The position numbers and the translations under genes were made by a program. Source: a virus. Taken from it: 64,000 nucleotides of DNA. Shown in pieces: positions 39,680-50,022 of the stretch. The notes under the pieces are model-generated. The model did no database searches. It was not told the DNA's origin and saw nothing but the letters and a program-made list of their open reading frames with translations. Within the stretch, counting starts at the first letter, position 1, and the number at the start of each line of letters is the position of its first letter. The DNA is taken from positions 1 through 64,000 of the IMG/VR virus record IMGVR_UViG_3300029908_000017; one strand, 5' to 3'.

Positions 39680-39856
39680 TTATTTAATTGTTTTACCCAA
39701 TGAAGGCAATGATTGAATAGTCGATTCGATAATATTACGCACAGTAGCTTCAATTCGATTAACAAATTCGGGAGATACTCTGGTAAACTCATGATGCCGT
39801 TTTTGGGCTAATTCTAACGCCAGCTGTTTTACAGCCTTCTTATTTAATAGACTCAT
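39680..39856 (-). CDS. 58-aa histone-fold-like protein (unannotated)
   Basis: MSLLNKKAVKQLALELAQKRHHEFTRVSPEFVNRIEATVRNIIESTIQSLPSLGKTIK; RVS and KTI loop motifs; ATGA-coupled upstream. Confidence 0.65.
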   Translation of the reverse strand: MSLLNKKAVKQLALELAQKRHHEFTRVSPEFVNRIEATVRNIIESTIQSLPSLGKTIK

Positions 39857-40109
39857 TCTAACTCCTTGATTTTCTGGTAATCGTTTACAATTTCGTCATG
39901 AGATGCCTTTACCCAAAAATACCGTAAAATATTCTTAACATCTGATTCGGTGAGTCTTGCAGCCTGATGTTCAATAATATATTCTATCATTTCATCACGG
40001 TCTAATTCAAAACAGGTAGATATATCCATTTTAACTTAACCAATTATATTTTGTTACCAATCCCGCGATAAGAAACAGCAAGACCATACCAATCGCAAAA
40101 AGTTCAATT

Positions 40110-40670
40110 TTATTCATTTTTATTACAATCCTTACATAAACATCTTAACCAATTTGTCCCTACAATTTTTCCGTCTCTGCCACAACTTTCACAAGTTATG
40201 CTAGATAGACGTTCCGCGAAATTCACTAATCCACAAATAAACTCATCACCTCCGTAATAGTAAAAACGCAATCCACCAAATTTTTCTTTTACTTGTTGGG
40301 CTACTACTTGTTTTACGGCTTCTGGTTCTTCTCCGAGAATAATAGAAGAATCAATTATCGCATTTGAAATTCTTTTTTCTTTTTCCTCTTCTGTACTGAC
40401 GTATTTATAATAATTTTCCAAATATTCTTGAAAAGTATTATTTTTCTGCATTTCTGCAATTTTACGTTTTCGCTGTAAATAGGAGTAACGATTTTCTCTT
40501 GAATATTTAATATGGCTTTGAATACCTTCACACAATAGGTCTAAAATTCTAAACCACCCATCATTATGCTCAAAACCCCGATACATACATGAATACCGTT
40601 CAGTAGCATAACAGTATTTAAATATTTTAGGATATTTTTCACATAATTGCTTTTCAAGTTCAGGACGCAT
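40110..40670 (-). CDS. Conserved phage protein (QVKEKFGGLRFY family)
   Basis: GW...QVKEKFGGLRFY...CESCG...W-x-x-CLC; ATG at 40670 likely. Confidence 0.7.
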   Translation of the reverse strand: MRPELEKQLCEKYPKIFKYCYATERYSCMYRGFEHNDGWFRILDLLCEGIQSHIKYSRENRYSYLQRKRKIAEMQKNNTFQEYLENYYKYVSTEEEKEKRISNAIIDSSIILGEEPEAVKQVVAQQVKEKFGGLRFYYYGGDEFICGLVNFAERLSSITCESCGRDGKIVGTNWLRCLCKDCNKNE

Positions 40671-41124
40671 AATCGTCGCCCCTATCTTCATCAAAATCAC
40701 TGGTTATTACAATATAATCTCCAATTTGAAAATCGCCATTACCTTGAGCTAAAACGACTCCACCTTCAATAATTTGAACTAGATTATAGCATGTAAAATC
40801 ACTAATACTCCTGACTAATTCTTCTGGAATAACTGATAGAAGACCGGCATCTACAGGCAGATATCCAATAGTTTTTCCATTCCTGTCGATCAATGGATAA
40901 CGTCCATCTCCATAACAAGTGTTACAAATAAATACTACATGACTATCAATTGTTACGAATAAACCCTCTTCTTTTATATCAACACCCTGATCCTCGTATT
41001 CAAAAAGGATGCTACAAAACGTATCCCAAAAACCAGGAATACCTCCAAAAACATAACAAGGGTCCGTGATAACTACATTACCTTCAAACTTATACTTAGT
41101 AATATTTAATTTTTCAATTTTCAT
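40660..41124 (-). CDS. Conserved phage protein (DPCY...GDG-x-Y...VDAG)
   Basis: Motifs reminiscent of DUF4241-like proteins; start revised to ATG 41124. Confidence 0.6.
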   Translation of the reverse strand: MKIEKLNITKYKFEGNVVITDPCYVFGGIPGFWDTFCSILFEYEDQGVDIKEEGLFVTIDSHVVFICNTCYGDGRYPLIDRNGKTIGYLPVDAGLLSVIPEELVRSISDFTCYNLVQIIEGGVVLAQGNGDFQIGDYIVITSDFDEDRGDDYAS

Positions 41125-41270
41125 TTCGCTTTTCCACAATACGGACAATACCCTGTTCCATACGCATTAAAATTTAAAGTTGTCTTACAATCCGGACAAA
41201 TTCCTAAAAGAACAATAATTAACTTTCTGAACCAATAACGACTACGACAATACACTTTTCTAAAAATCAT
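41121..41270 (-). CDS. 49-aa zinc-ribbon protein (unannotated)
   Basis: ...CPDC...CPYCG; ATGA overlaps at both ends. Confidence 0.6.
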   Translation of the reverse strand: MIFRKVYCRSRYWFRKLIIVLLGICPDCKTTLNFNAYGTGYCPYCGKAK

Positions 41271-42382
41271 AAATAATTAGCTTTAAACTTATTCAAAACA
41301 TCTTTAGTTGTACCTGAATTCAAACTATCTAGACATTCAATACCTAGCTGATAATTTTCATCTGTAAAAGTTCCTGACTCTACTAACGTAGCCTTAAAGA
41401 TATCAGAAAGATTATTGTTAGTTATTTCCGAACGAATATTCACGTTTTCAATAACTTGGTTATTCTCCTTCAATAATGTGGTTTTAACAATGGCATGTTC
41501 ATAAAGAAATACAAATTCAGGCAACTTGTTAAACATTCCTTTACTGTATTTTAAGATATATACAGGACGTTTACCTGTAGTACTTAAACTATGTTGAAGT
41601 TCTTTAATTTCTTTATTTTTGAAACTCTGTTTGTCTTTTTCAAATTCCTTATAGCTATCATCTGTAAGATCGAAATAATGAAAGTTACGAATCAATGGAT
41701 ATTCAATAAAGTTTAGTTTATTACCATTCCAATGAATATATCGTTTTTGATTAATCTCGTCTAACTTGGTTACACCTAGAGAGCCACAATAACCTAGAAA
41801 CTGTCCACTCGATAAATACTTATAAGCTCCTGAATGAATATCCCCTGCAATAATACCTTTAAGAGTAGGATGATTAATGACAGTTTCTTCCCAGTTAATA
41901 TGTAATGTTTTTTTCTCTTCGCAATAACCAAACAACAGTGGTTCTTGGTAATGTAAGAATATAAATTCAACAATATCTTTTTTTAGGTTTAGCTGTTCGG
42001 TTAGTTTTTGCAAAACTGCTTCAGAATTATCGCTATAGTCTACTCCTACAAATGTAGACTCAATATTTACAGATTCAAAATCACAGATGTTTTCCCAGTC
42101 CTTATTATCAATTTGTTTTGAATGATCGCCTGAGATAGCTACAGGAGTTATGTTATTTGATTTAAGTTTTTTATTTAGTGTCTTAACAAAATCTATTGAA
42201 TAGGCAGTGGGTTTATTTGTGTCGAATAAATCTCCACAAGAAATAAAATATTTAACCTTTAACTGTATGGCCTTCAATACAGCTAATTCAAGATAGTCGT
42301 AAAGGTCTTTCTTAAGCTCTTCATTGTTAAGTAGTGCTCTCTCTAAATGTACATCGGATACAACTAAAAAACTATTTGTCAT
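41267..42382 (-). CDS. SbcD/Mre11-like nuclease
   Basis: SDVH, GDLFD, GDH, H, GDIH and YCGS. Confidence 0.9.
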   Translation of the reverse strand: MTNSFLVVSDVHLERALLNNEELKKDLYDYLELAVLKAIQLKVKYFISCGDLFDTNKPTAYSIDFVKTLNKKLKSNNITPVAISGDHSKQIDNKDWENICDFESVNIESTFVGVDYSDNSEAVLQKLTEQLNLKKDIVEFIFLHYQEPLLFGYCEEKKTLHINWEETVINHPTLKGIIAGDIHSGAYKYLSSGQFLGYCGSLGVTKLDEINQKRYIHWNGNKLNFIEYPLIRNFHYFDLTDDSYKEFEKDKQSFKNKEIKELQHSLSTTGKRPVYILKYSKGMFNKLPEFVFLYEHAIVKTTLLKENNQVIENVNIRSEITNNNLSDIFKATLVESGTFTDENYQLGIECLDSLNSGTTKDVLNKFKANYL

Positions 42383-42648
42383 ATTACTCCTCTTCGAATT
42401 AAGTCATTAATATACTTTTCTTCCATTTCTAGAACTTCACTTCGAATATCACTAAAAAATTGCTTACCATCATAATTGATAGTCGCAACCCATGTCTGAA
42501 GGTTATTATCGAATTCTATTGTAGAAGCGCGTTCCACAGTAGCATTACCAGCTTTCGATTTTAATTTATCTACAAGATTCGAATGCAGAGCTTTGATTGT
42601 ACCGGAAGAATTTATAAATATGCTTTTATAATTCTTGATGAAGCTCAT
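42379..42648 (-). CDS. Conserved partner of the DUF1257/DUF2997 module
   Basis: I-x-x-x-G-x-I...RAS-x-IEF...W pattern; context. Confidence 0.5.
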   Translation of the reverse strand: MSFIKNYKSIFINSSGTIKALHSNLVDKLKSKAGNATVERASTIEFDNNLQTWVATINYDGKQFFSDIRSEVLEMEEKYINDLIRRGVI

Positions 42649-42832
42649 TTATTGTTTCTTCTTCGTATTCATCTGTATACAAACGAGTATTCTCTTTTGC
42701 ACCACCTAAAAACTTCTCCAACCGAGATGTCGCTTCTGCACAAGTAGGCCCAAACCCTTGTACATCCCCTATGGAAATATCTCCATTTTTTGCAATTTTA
42801 ACTTTATAAGATTGTTTTGACATATTATTCAC
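42626..42832 (-). CDS. DUF2997-like protein
   Basis: I-x-x-NG...VQGFG-x-x-C-x-EAT-x-x-LE-x-x-LG...T-x-EY. Confidence 0.7.
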   Translation of the reverse strand: MNNMSKQSYKVKIAKNGDISIGDVQGFGPTCAEATSRLEKFLGGAKENTRLYTDEYEEETINELHQEL

Positions 42833-43282
42833 TAATTTTTAATACTTTAGCAGGTATATTAATACTTACATGACTAGGGTTAATTACATCGATAAACGCA
42901 GCATCATGATCAGCACTAAGTTGAGGCTTTAATACTTTATTCGTAGAAACTCTAAGTAACGTACAGCCACTCTCATCATCCACATAAATATTATTACCTA
43001 CAATTCGCAATTGACTAACTTTAATATTCATCTTTTATATATTCATAATTGGTATCAAAATCAATTTTATCCAATCGTGAAGCATCAAATCGTATTTTTG
43101 CTTTATGTACTCTATCTGTATTGCCTTTGTAAATATAAATCAATACAGCTGTTGCAATATCACCTGATTCAAAAATAATTTTATCTTCCGGAACCAACAA
43201 TCGGTCAGATGGTGGTTCATCTAGCCCAATAAAATAGTCATGGAGAAATTTACGTATCACTGCTTTACTTTGCATAAATTAC

Positions 43283-43663
43283 TTAGTTAAGACAAAATTC
43301 AATAATTCCTTCATCCGTAGTATTGATTTCGTATTCCAATTCCTCTTCTTCAAAATATGCCTTGGTCAATTCAAAACTATATCGTTGTTTCAAACTATCC
43401 AGATTTTCACCAAGTTGTTGCGCAATTGAAGAATCATAAAAATCCCCATAAATTTTATATTCACCATCAATAAGGTTGATACCCAAATCGTAACCATCCT
43501 GAGGATTGACTGCTACGTAATCATAAATCGTTTCTCTAGCTGGATCATTACGATATGTACGTGCTTTAGTTTTTTCTACAATTCGCCAGCCGAAATTTTC
43601 CAATGATTTATCCAATAATTGGAAATTACTAATATTTGTTTTTATTTCAACGGTGTGACTCAT
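43283..43663 (-). CDS. DUF1257 (Ycf35-like) protein
   Basis: MSH-x-x-x-IKT...L-x-x-x-L-x-x-x-G...YDLG...D-x-Y...L-x-QRY. Confidence 0.75.
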   Translation of the reverse strand: MSHTVEIKTNISNFQLLDKSLENFGWRIVEKTKARTYRNDPARETIYDYVAVNPQDGYDLGINLIDGEYKIYGDFYDSSIAQQLGENLDSLKQRYSFELTKAYFEEEELEYEINTTDEGIIEFCLN

Positions 43664-44227
43664 TTTTTTATATTTTAATTTTTGTTAAATCTTTTGTAAT
43701 AATCTCAACATATTCAATATTGAGTTTATCAAAAGCATCTTGAATACATAAAAGTATATCATATTTTGAATAAGTGGATATTTCATTATTCTCAAATGAT
43801 TGCATTTTAATTAAATCATTTTCAACATTAATAATATCTCCCTTTATTACTTCACATAAAGGGAGATTATCAATCAGTACTACATCATTCTTATCATAGA
43901 TTCGAAGGATGTCAAATTGGTTAGGGTAAGCACAGTCAACAGACATATCAGGATAATTTAATTTCAACTTGTTTATTATAAACCCTAGTAAAGCTTGCAT
44001 CGTCCAACGCGCTATACATAGCTTCACTTACACATAACAATTTCTCTGAGGCTACCTCAAGCAATAACAAATTATTACCATCATTATTCTCCCTATCCGG
44101 ATAAGATAAAGATATATAATAGTGCTCAGAATTACCATCAACTTGTTGATATATACCCGGTTCACTTAATACATCATTTAAATCAATAAAAGATTTATCT
44201 TCTTTTACAATAATTTCTATATTCATA

Positions 44228-45340
44228 TTATATTTCCAATGCTCGAAGATATTCTCCAGTAATTGAAGATATATCTGAAGTATTTTCAGCTACAGTTTTA
44301 ACATCTAACAAGAATTCTTTTAAAGCATTTCGGTCATCGACATTATCTTTACTTTTCAGATCTCGGTTTTCTGCAAGAAACGTCTGTACTTCTGTGATAC
44401 GTTCTTCTAACACTTTGTCACCAAAGATATTCAATTTTTCAAAATCTTGTATCTTTTTTAACAACGTGTTCTTATTAACATCAGAAACAACGTCGCCTTT
44501 ATTAATTTTATTAATAATTACAGCAAAAACACTATTTACACTTTCACGCAATTCTTTGATTGAGTTATCGACAAAATTGGTAATTTGTTCCAACTGTTTT
44601 GCAGCTTGTTGGTTATAATGTTCCTTGGCTTCGTTAACAGTGGCAGCAACTTGAGCTTCTTCTTCCAATAATACCCGAATATTAACCTCTTGTAGCTCGT
44701 TAGGCATATTAATACGGAATTCGGAATATTCGAAATTAAACTTTCCACGTATCTCATTTACTGATGGGTATGCCGGTCGTAGAACATCTGCATATTCTGG
44801 ATAAGCCGCAAGTGCTTCTGTTTTATATTGCTCGTAATTCTCTACAAACGAATCAACAAGAATATTAAATTCTTCCTTATAGGTCTCTAATTGTTTACGT
44901 ACCTCTTCCAGATTATGAAAAGCTACAAAATGTGCTTCCGCAATAGGAAAGCGATTACTCATTCGCTTAAGATACAATCTAGCACGTTGTTCAATTTGAG
45001 CAAATTGATTAAACAATACTGGTTTAACCAGCATCTTTTTGCCAAGTTTAATAATATCTGGGACTTTTTCAATTTCCAGGTCCGATTCTTTTAATGAAGT
45101 AGACATACTCCACCTTGAAATATGAATAGATATTAGTACACCTGTACTAAACAACTTATCATAGTAACGATCAAGAACTCGGATTTGATTGTGATTTTCC
45201 AATTCCTCAACTAATTGTTGCCCTCGTTGGTTTACAGGGGTGTCCAGAACCTCTGTAACACTTATTGATTCTTCCGATTGTTCCAATATATCAATATTAG
45301 AATCCACTAACTCTTCGATAACTTTCTTATGTCTTCCCAT
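44228..45340 (-). CDS. DUF3150-like protein
   Basis: I-x-I-x-x-W...LG-x-K...FV...YP...KF-x-F pattern; usual neighbour of DUF1257/AAA. Confidence 0.65.
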   Translation of the reverse strand: MGRHKKVIEELVDSNIDILEQSEESISVTEVLDTPVNQRGQQLVEELENHNQIRVLDRYYDKLFSTGVLISIHISRWSMSTSLKESDLEIEKVPDIIKLGKKMLVKPVLFNQFAQIEQRARLYLKRMSNRFPIAEAHFVAFHNLEEVRKQLETYKEEFNILVDSFVENYEQYKTEALAAYPEYADVLRPAYPSVNEIRGKFNFEYSEFRINMPNELQEVNIRVLLEEEAQVAATVNEAKEHYNQQAAKQLEQITNFVDNSIKELRESVNSVFAVIINKINKGDVVSDVNKNTLLKKIQDFEKLNIFGDKVLEERITEVQTFLAENRDLKSKDNVDDRNALKEFLLDVKTVAENTSDISSITGEYLRALEI

Positions 45341-45342
45341 AT

Positions 45343-46911
45343 TTATTTAACCTCAATTAATTCACCTTTGTTATTCAATGTATACCAAGTATTAGCTTTA
45401 ATACCATCTTCTCCTGCATAACCGACAACTATACGATTACGGTTACCGTCATCCCAAACCAAAGATAAGCAACCATTTTCTCCGACTTTTGTTTTTCCAT
45501 ACAATCCTGCCACAACTGCAATAGTATCTTTACCAACAGCTGCTGCTGTGCTGTAATATCCTGAACTCGCTGCTTTGCTGGAATTACCTGAACTCTCTGC
45601 TTTGCTGTAATCTCCTGAACTCGCTGCTGTGCTGTAATCTCCTGAACTCGCTGCTGTGCTGGAATCTCCTGAACTCGCTGCTTTGCTGTAATCTCCTGAA
45701 CTCGCTGCTGTGCTGTAATCTCCTGAACTCGCTGCTTTGCTGGAATTACCTGAACTCACTGCTGTGCTGGAATCTCCTGAACTCGCTGCTTTGCTGGAAT
45801 CTCCTGAACTCGCTGTTTTGCTGTAATATCCTGAACTCACTGCTTTGCTGGAATATCCTGAACTCGCTGCTTTGCTGTAATCTCCTGAACTCGCTGTTTT
45901 GCTGGAATTACCTGAACTCACTGCTTTGCTGTAATCTCCTGAACTCGCTGCTGTGCTGGAATTACCTGAACTCGCTGCTTTGCTGTAATCTCCTGAACTC
46001 GCTGCTGTGCTGTAATATCCTGAACTCGCTGCTTTGCTGTAATCTCCTGAACTCGCTGTTTTGCTGGAATCTCCTGAACTCGCTGCTGTGCTGGAATTAC
46101 CTGAACTCACTGCTTTGCTGTAATCTCCTGAACTCGCTGCTGTGCTGGAATTACCTGAACTCGCTGCTTTGCTGTAATCTCCTGAACTCGCTGCTTTGCT
46201 GTAATCTCCTGAACTCGCTGCTTTGCTGTAATCTCCTGAACTCGCTGCTGTGCTGGAATCTCCTGAACTCGCTGCTGTGCTGGAATCTCCTGAACTCGCT
46301 GTTTTGCTGGAATCTCCTGAACTCGCTGCTGTGCTGGAATTACCTGAACTCACTGCTTTGCTGTAATCTCCTGAACTCGCTGCTTTGCTGTAATCTCCTG
46401 AACTCGCTGCTGTGCTGTAATATCCTGAACTCGCTGCTTTGCTGTAATCTCCTGAACTCGCTGTTTTGCTGGAATCAAGTTTTTTAACTTTTAAAATTAA
46501 ATCGTTAACCTGTTTATCAATTTTTGTTTTATTGCAAAACAAGCGAGCAATTAATTCTGGTGTTGCGTCGTTTAATTCCCAAACTTTATTCAATACATCT
46601 GAATACTGTGGTTCGGAAAAATAATCTAAGGCTACCTCCTTACCCTTTAAAGCGTTCATTAAACTTGTATAATGTGACGTAATGGAAGAAACTTGGTGTT
46701 GTGTTAATGTAGAAATATCATCGTTCTTAACAACATTTTCCAAAACGAAATCACCAATCCCATTCCATTCGCATTCAACAAATCTTTTTTGTTTATGAAC
46801 ACTATCGTTTTCTGTCCATTTAAACAATTCAACAGCCTTACTATGGCTATTACCAGGTTCATGGGCTATAACTCCATCACGTCTAACAACAATACTATGA
46901 AAATCACACAT
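45343..46911 (-). CDS. Nonapeptide-repeat (SSGDYSKAA) beta-solenoid phage protein
   Basis: 34 repeats plus conserved C-terminal GEDGIKANTWY cap; ATG 46911 (MCDFHS) is the likely start. Confidence 0.8.
   Translation of the reverse strand: MCDFHSIVVRRDGVIAHEPGNSHSKAVELFKWTENDSVHKQKRFVECEWNGIGDFVLENVVKNDDISTLTQHQVSSITSHYTSLMNALKGKEVALDYFSEPQYSDVLNKVWELNDATPELIARLFCNKTKIDKQVNDLILKVKKLDSSKTASSGDYSKAASSGYYSTAASSGDYSKAASSGDYSKAVSSGNSSTAASSGDSSKTASSGDSSTAASSGDSSTAASSGDYSKAASSGDYSKAASSGDYSKAASSGNSSTAASSGDYSKAVSSGNSSTAASSGDSSKTASSGDYSKAASSGYYSTAASSGDYSKAASSGNSSTAASSGDYSKAVSSGNSSKTASSGDYSKAASSGYSSKAVSSGYYSKTASSGDSSKAASSGDSSTAVSSGNSSKAASSGDYSTAASSGDYSKAASSGDSSTAASSGDYSTAASSGDYSKAESSGNSSKAASSGYYSTAAAVGKDTIAVVAGLYGKTKVGENGCLSLVWDDGNRNRIVVGYAGEDGIKANTWYTLNNKGELIEVK
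45541..46476. repeat. 27-bp tandem repeat, 34 full copies plus a partial (coding)
   Basis: Unit cctgaactcgctgctttgctgtaatct with six variable positions. Confidence 0.97.
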
Positions 46912-47317
46912 AATTTTAATATTCCAATTCAATAACTATTTCACCACTAGGTCTTGTCCATTCCAGATTACTGTACCTAACCAAATTTGCGCAGCGATAT
47001 TCAATTTCAGCTTCTCTCGCTACGAATACAACGTCTTTATCAAGTATATCTTTGCGATTTTCCAATATTTGAATTATTAATTCTCTATAAGTCATAATTT
47101 TATAGATCAATATCTTTTTTAAAATCGTAAACAATAACATTGTCAGGTAATGATTCTTCCTGAAAATAACCTACTTCTATCAATGTATGCTGTGCTTTTT
47201 GCAGTACACGTGATTCTACATTTGTAGGATCTTTCACCTTTAAAACTAATGTATAGATATCAAACAAAGCATATAGCATTTCTGAATATTCACGACTTCT
47301 CAATTTTTCAAAATAAC

Positions 47318-48913
47318 TCATATCTCCATACTTCTTAAAATAGTTTCCGAGTTTTCAATAATTTCACCATCTTTTCCAGCAATTTGTAACTTACCTTTTG
47401 CGGAATCTCTCATACTTTTTAAACGTTCTGGATACATCTCAGCGTTAGGCTTGAATCTTTTAATCTCTGCTAACAAATCTTCTTCTAATACTTCTCGGCT
47501 ATCATGATAGAAAGCACGAAACAAAGCAGATTTGATTAGTTCTTCAATCTCCGAGCCAATATAATTGTTTGTTAATTTAGCTAATTTTTTTAAACTAAAC
47601 TTTTCAGGATCACGATTATATTTTATCAATAGCTTTTTAAATATATCCTCACGTTCTTCTAAATCAGGCAGGTCTACCCAAAAAGCAGCATCGAATCGAC
47701 CCGGACGTAATAAGGCAGGAGGTAGAATTAAATGATTGTTACAGGTACCGATAAAGAATGGTGCAGAATCATTCCCACGATCTGCCAAATACGTCAGAAA
47801 CGCTCCAAGCATTCGTGAGCCTACACCCGAATCACCAATACCCGATGTAGCGTTTGAACTCAATGACTTTTCAATTTCATCAATCAAAACCACACATTTG
47901 CCTATCGATTCAATGGTCTGTAAGACTTGTCGTAAGTTGCGTTCAGAATCTCCTACATGAGAAGAAAACAACTTCCCAATATCCAATAAAAATAAAGGTA
48001 CTTTAAATTCTGTAGAAATAGCACGAGCGGTAATGCTCTTACCACCACCAGGAATACCACAAAGAATTATACCACGAGGAGTACAAAGACCATATTCTTT
48101 TGCTTCTTTACTAAATGCCCGTTTTCTAAGATTGACCCAATTCTTTAGACCTTCAAATCCACCAATATTATCAAAACTAATGCCCGTTTCAATGTATTCT
48201 AATAAACTATTCTTTTTAATTTGAGTTATCTTTTCATTAAAAACAATCTTTATAAACTCGTCATTGAACTCACCCTTCGTACAAACAAAGGCAAAGGCCA
48301 AAGCAGACTCTACTTCGTTATTAGCCATACCTTTACAGGCTTCAATAACGTTCTCAATAAAATCTTCGTCTAATTTTGCTTCTGGTTTATTTTTGGCTTT
48401 TCTAGAAACGTTGGCACTGATTAATGTGTCATTAAACTTTTCACGTATTGCTTTTTTATCAGGTAACTCATATTCCACTATCTGAATTTCCTTTTCTAAC
48501 TCCAAAGGGATATTGAAATTTGGAGAAATAAAAATCAAGGTGTTGCCATCTCTTCGTAAATAACTACTGAGATTACGTAAACACCGAATATAATCTTTTG
48601 ATTTCATCTTACTATCCATCTCTAGATGGAAGTCAAGAAGAACGTAAGCACTTCGTTTTTCGTTACGGCCTGCTGAGTTAAGAAGAAATTCAAATAACTT
48701 ATTTGGGTCATCCGTACCTTTAATTATATTGCCGTCTTTATTCAAGTCTACTAAACCAGTAATACAATCCCAGCGATAAAAGGTGCCGAACTTCTCACGT
48801 TTAGGCAATATCGTTAGTAGGTCATTGGTAACACGTTTTTCTTCATGTGTATTGATTACCAGCATTGGATAACTGGCTTTTGCGTAATTTAATATTTTAT
48901 CGTTAAAATTCAT
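47318..48913 (-). CDS. Ycf46-like AAA+ ATPase
   Basis: GIPGGGKS, IDEIEK, CN, LPPALLRPGRFD; inactive N-terminal AAA-like domain (T-x-EE-x-R, LLDFH). Confidence 0.9.
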   Translation of the reverse strand: MNFNDKILNYAKASYPMLVINTHEEKRVTNDLLTILPKREKFGTFYRWDCITGLVDLNKDGNIIKGTDDPNKLFEFLLNSAGRNEKRSAYVLLDFHLEMDSKMKSKDYIRCLRNLSSYLRRDGNTLIFISPNFNIPLELEKEIQIVEYELPDKKAIREKFNDTLISANVSRKAKNKPEAKLDEDFIENVIEACKGMANNEVESALAFAFVCTKGEFNDEFIKIVFNEKITQIKKNSLLEYIETGISFDNIGGFEGLKNWVNLRKRAFSKEAKEYGLCTPRGIILCGIPGGGKSITARAISTEFKVPLFLLDIGKLFSSHVGDSERNLRQVLQTIESIGKCVVLIDEIEKSLSSNATSGIGDSGVGSRMLGAFLTYLADRGNDSAPFFIGTCNNHLILPPALLRPGRFDAAFWVDLPDLEEREDIFKKLLIKYNRDPEKFSLKKLAKLTNNYIGSEIEELIKSALFRAFYHDSREVLEEDLLAEIKRFKPNAEMYPERLKSMRDSAKGKLQIAGKDGEIIENSETILRSMEI

Positions 48914-49293
48914 AATTGTTTGTCAATAATATTTGCGATTTCTACAAATGATGTATCCTGATCGTTAAGTTCAACTAATAATTTACGAGTAGAAAGTGGA
49001 TTGCCACATTTATAATCTACACTAGGGCAATTACTTTTAAGTCCTGCCCAATTTTTTACACTTTCAGAAAGAACCGAGAGAGTACCTTCAAATTCATAAA
49101 CATTATAATAATCACTATTGTCATCTACTCGCGAATGTTTGTCTGTCCATTCCCGGTTATTAGATTTGATATATAAATCGGTCAATACGCCCAAACAACA
49201 ATATTTATCATTAAATCTAAGCGTACCTTTTCCTTGCTTATATTTTCCAGACCTTAATGCATCTACCCACTTCTTCTTAATCTCTTGATTCAT
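48910..49293 (-). CDS. Conserved phage protein
   Basis: WVDALRSGKYKQG...CCLGV...LND...F-x-EIA. Confidence 0.7.
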   Translation of the reverse strand: MNQEIKKKWVDALRSGKYKQGKGTLRFNDKYCCLGVLTDLYIKSNNREWTDKHSRVDDNSDYYNVYEFEGTLSVLSESVKNWAGLKSNCPSVDYKCGNPLSTRKLLVELNDQDTSFVEIANIIDKQL

Positions 49294-49326
49294 TTCTAGA
49301 GGCTTCTATAAAGTTTTGATAACCAC

Positions 49327-49707
49327 TCATTTCAAAGTTTCTCCATCAAATGACTTATCATCGATATTAAAAAAATTTATTAAATTTAAATAAATATAAT
49401 AACGAGGGCTAATTTTCCTTAAAGCAGCTTGTGCTAAAATATGTGATTTAGCTGATTTATTAGAATACTTATCGATATAGTCAACAATTGATTCCAAAGT
49501 ATGCCTTGGAGACGAATTACCTATTCTTACAACACTACTATTAAATAATTTAATAGCTGTAGATGTGGAAGAATCAATAATCCCACCTATTTTATTTGGA
49601 TCATTCTTTTTACATTTTGTAATCTTACCGTCAGCAGTTGGTTTTACAGTATCACCAGCTTGTAAAGCTTTTGGAGGTCTTCCCCTTTTTCTTTTAATTT
49701 CTTCCAT
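49327..49707 (-). CDS. AT-hook-containing protein
   Basis: KRKRGRPPK at the N-terminus. Confidence 0.6.
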   Translation of the reverse strand: MEEIKRKRGRPPKALQAGDTVKPTADGKITKCKKNDPNKIGGIIDSSTSTAIKLFNSSVVRIGNSSPRHTLESIVDYIDKYSNKSAKSHILAQAALRKISPRYYIYLNLINFFNIDDKSFDGETLK

Positions 49708-50022
49708 ATTATGATTGTTTTATCGAATTGGTTAATACTTCCAATTCTTCCTTCGTTAATTTCGATTTTGCTTGTTCAGCAATTTTTTCAAGCCTTAAAT
49801 TTTCAGCATTATTCAAGCTCCACTCTTCCATTACGTTATAAATGGAATTAATATCTGCGTCTACAAAATCATCAGTTCTAACTTGCGTATACTCACCATC
49901 TCCTAAAATATTACGAAATTGAATAAGCCTTACATTATCTTTTGAAAAAAATGATGTAACTGCTATCTTGTTATCCAACGCATAACAAAACAAATCAAAT
50001 AACTTAATCTTAAACTCTTCAC

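Noticed and set aside
39676-39792. N-terminal extension of SbcC in the ORF track
   Set aside because: SbcC homology starts at MILEKLYFKNF (39675); the extension overlaps the coupled histone-like ORF in another frame.
45541-46476. Diversity-generating retroelement (variable sites all include A)
   Set aside because: No reverse transcriptase or TR/VR pair in the window; only 2-3 alleles per site recur in blocks, which fits recombination among repeats.
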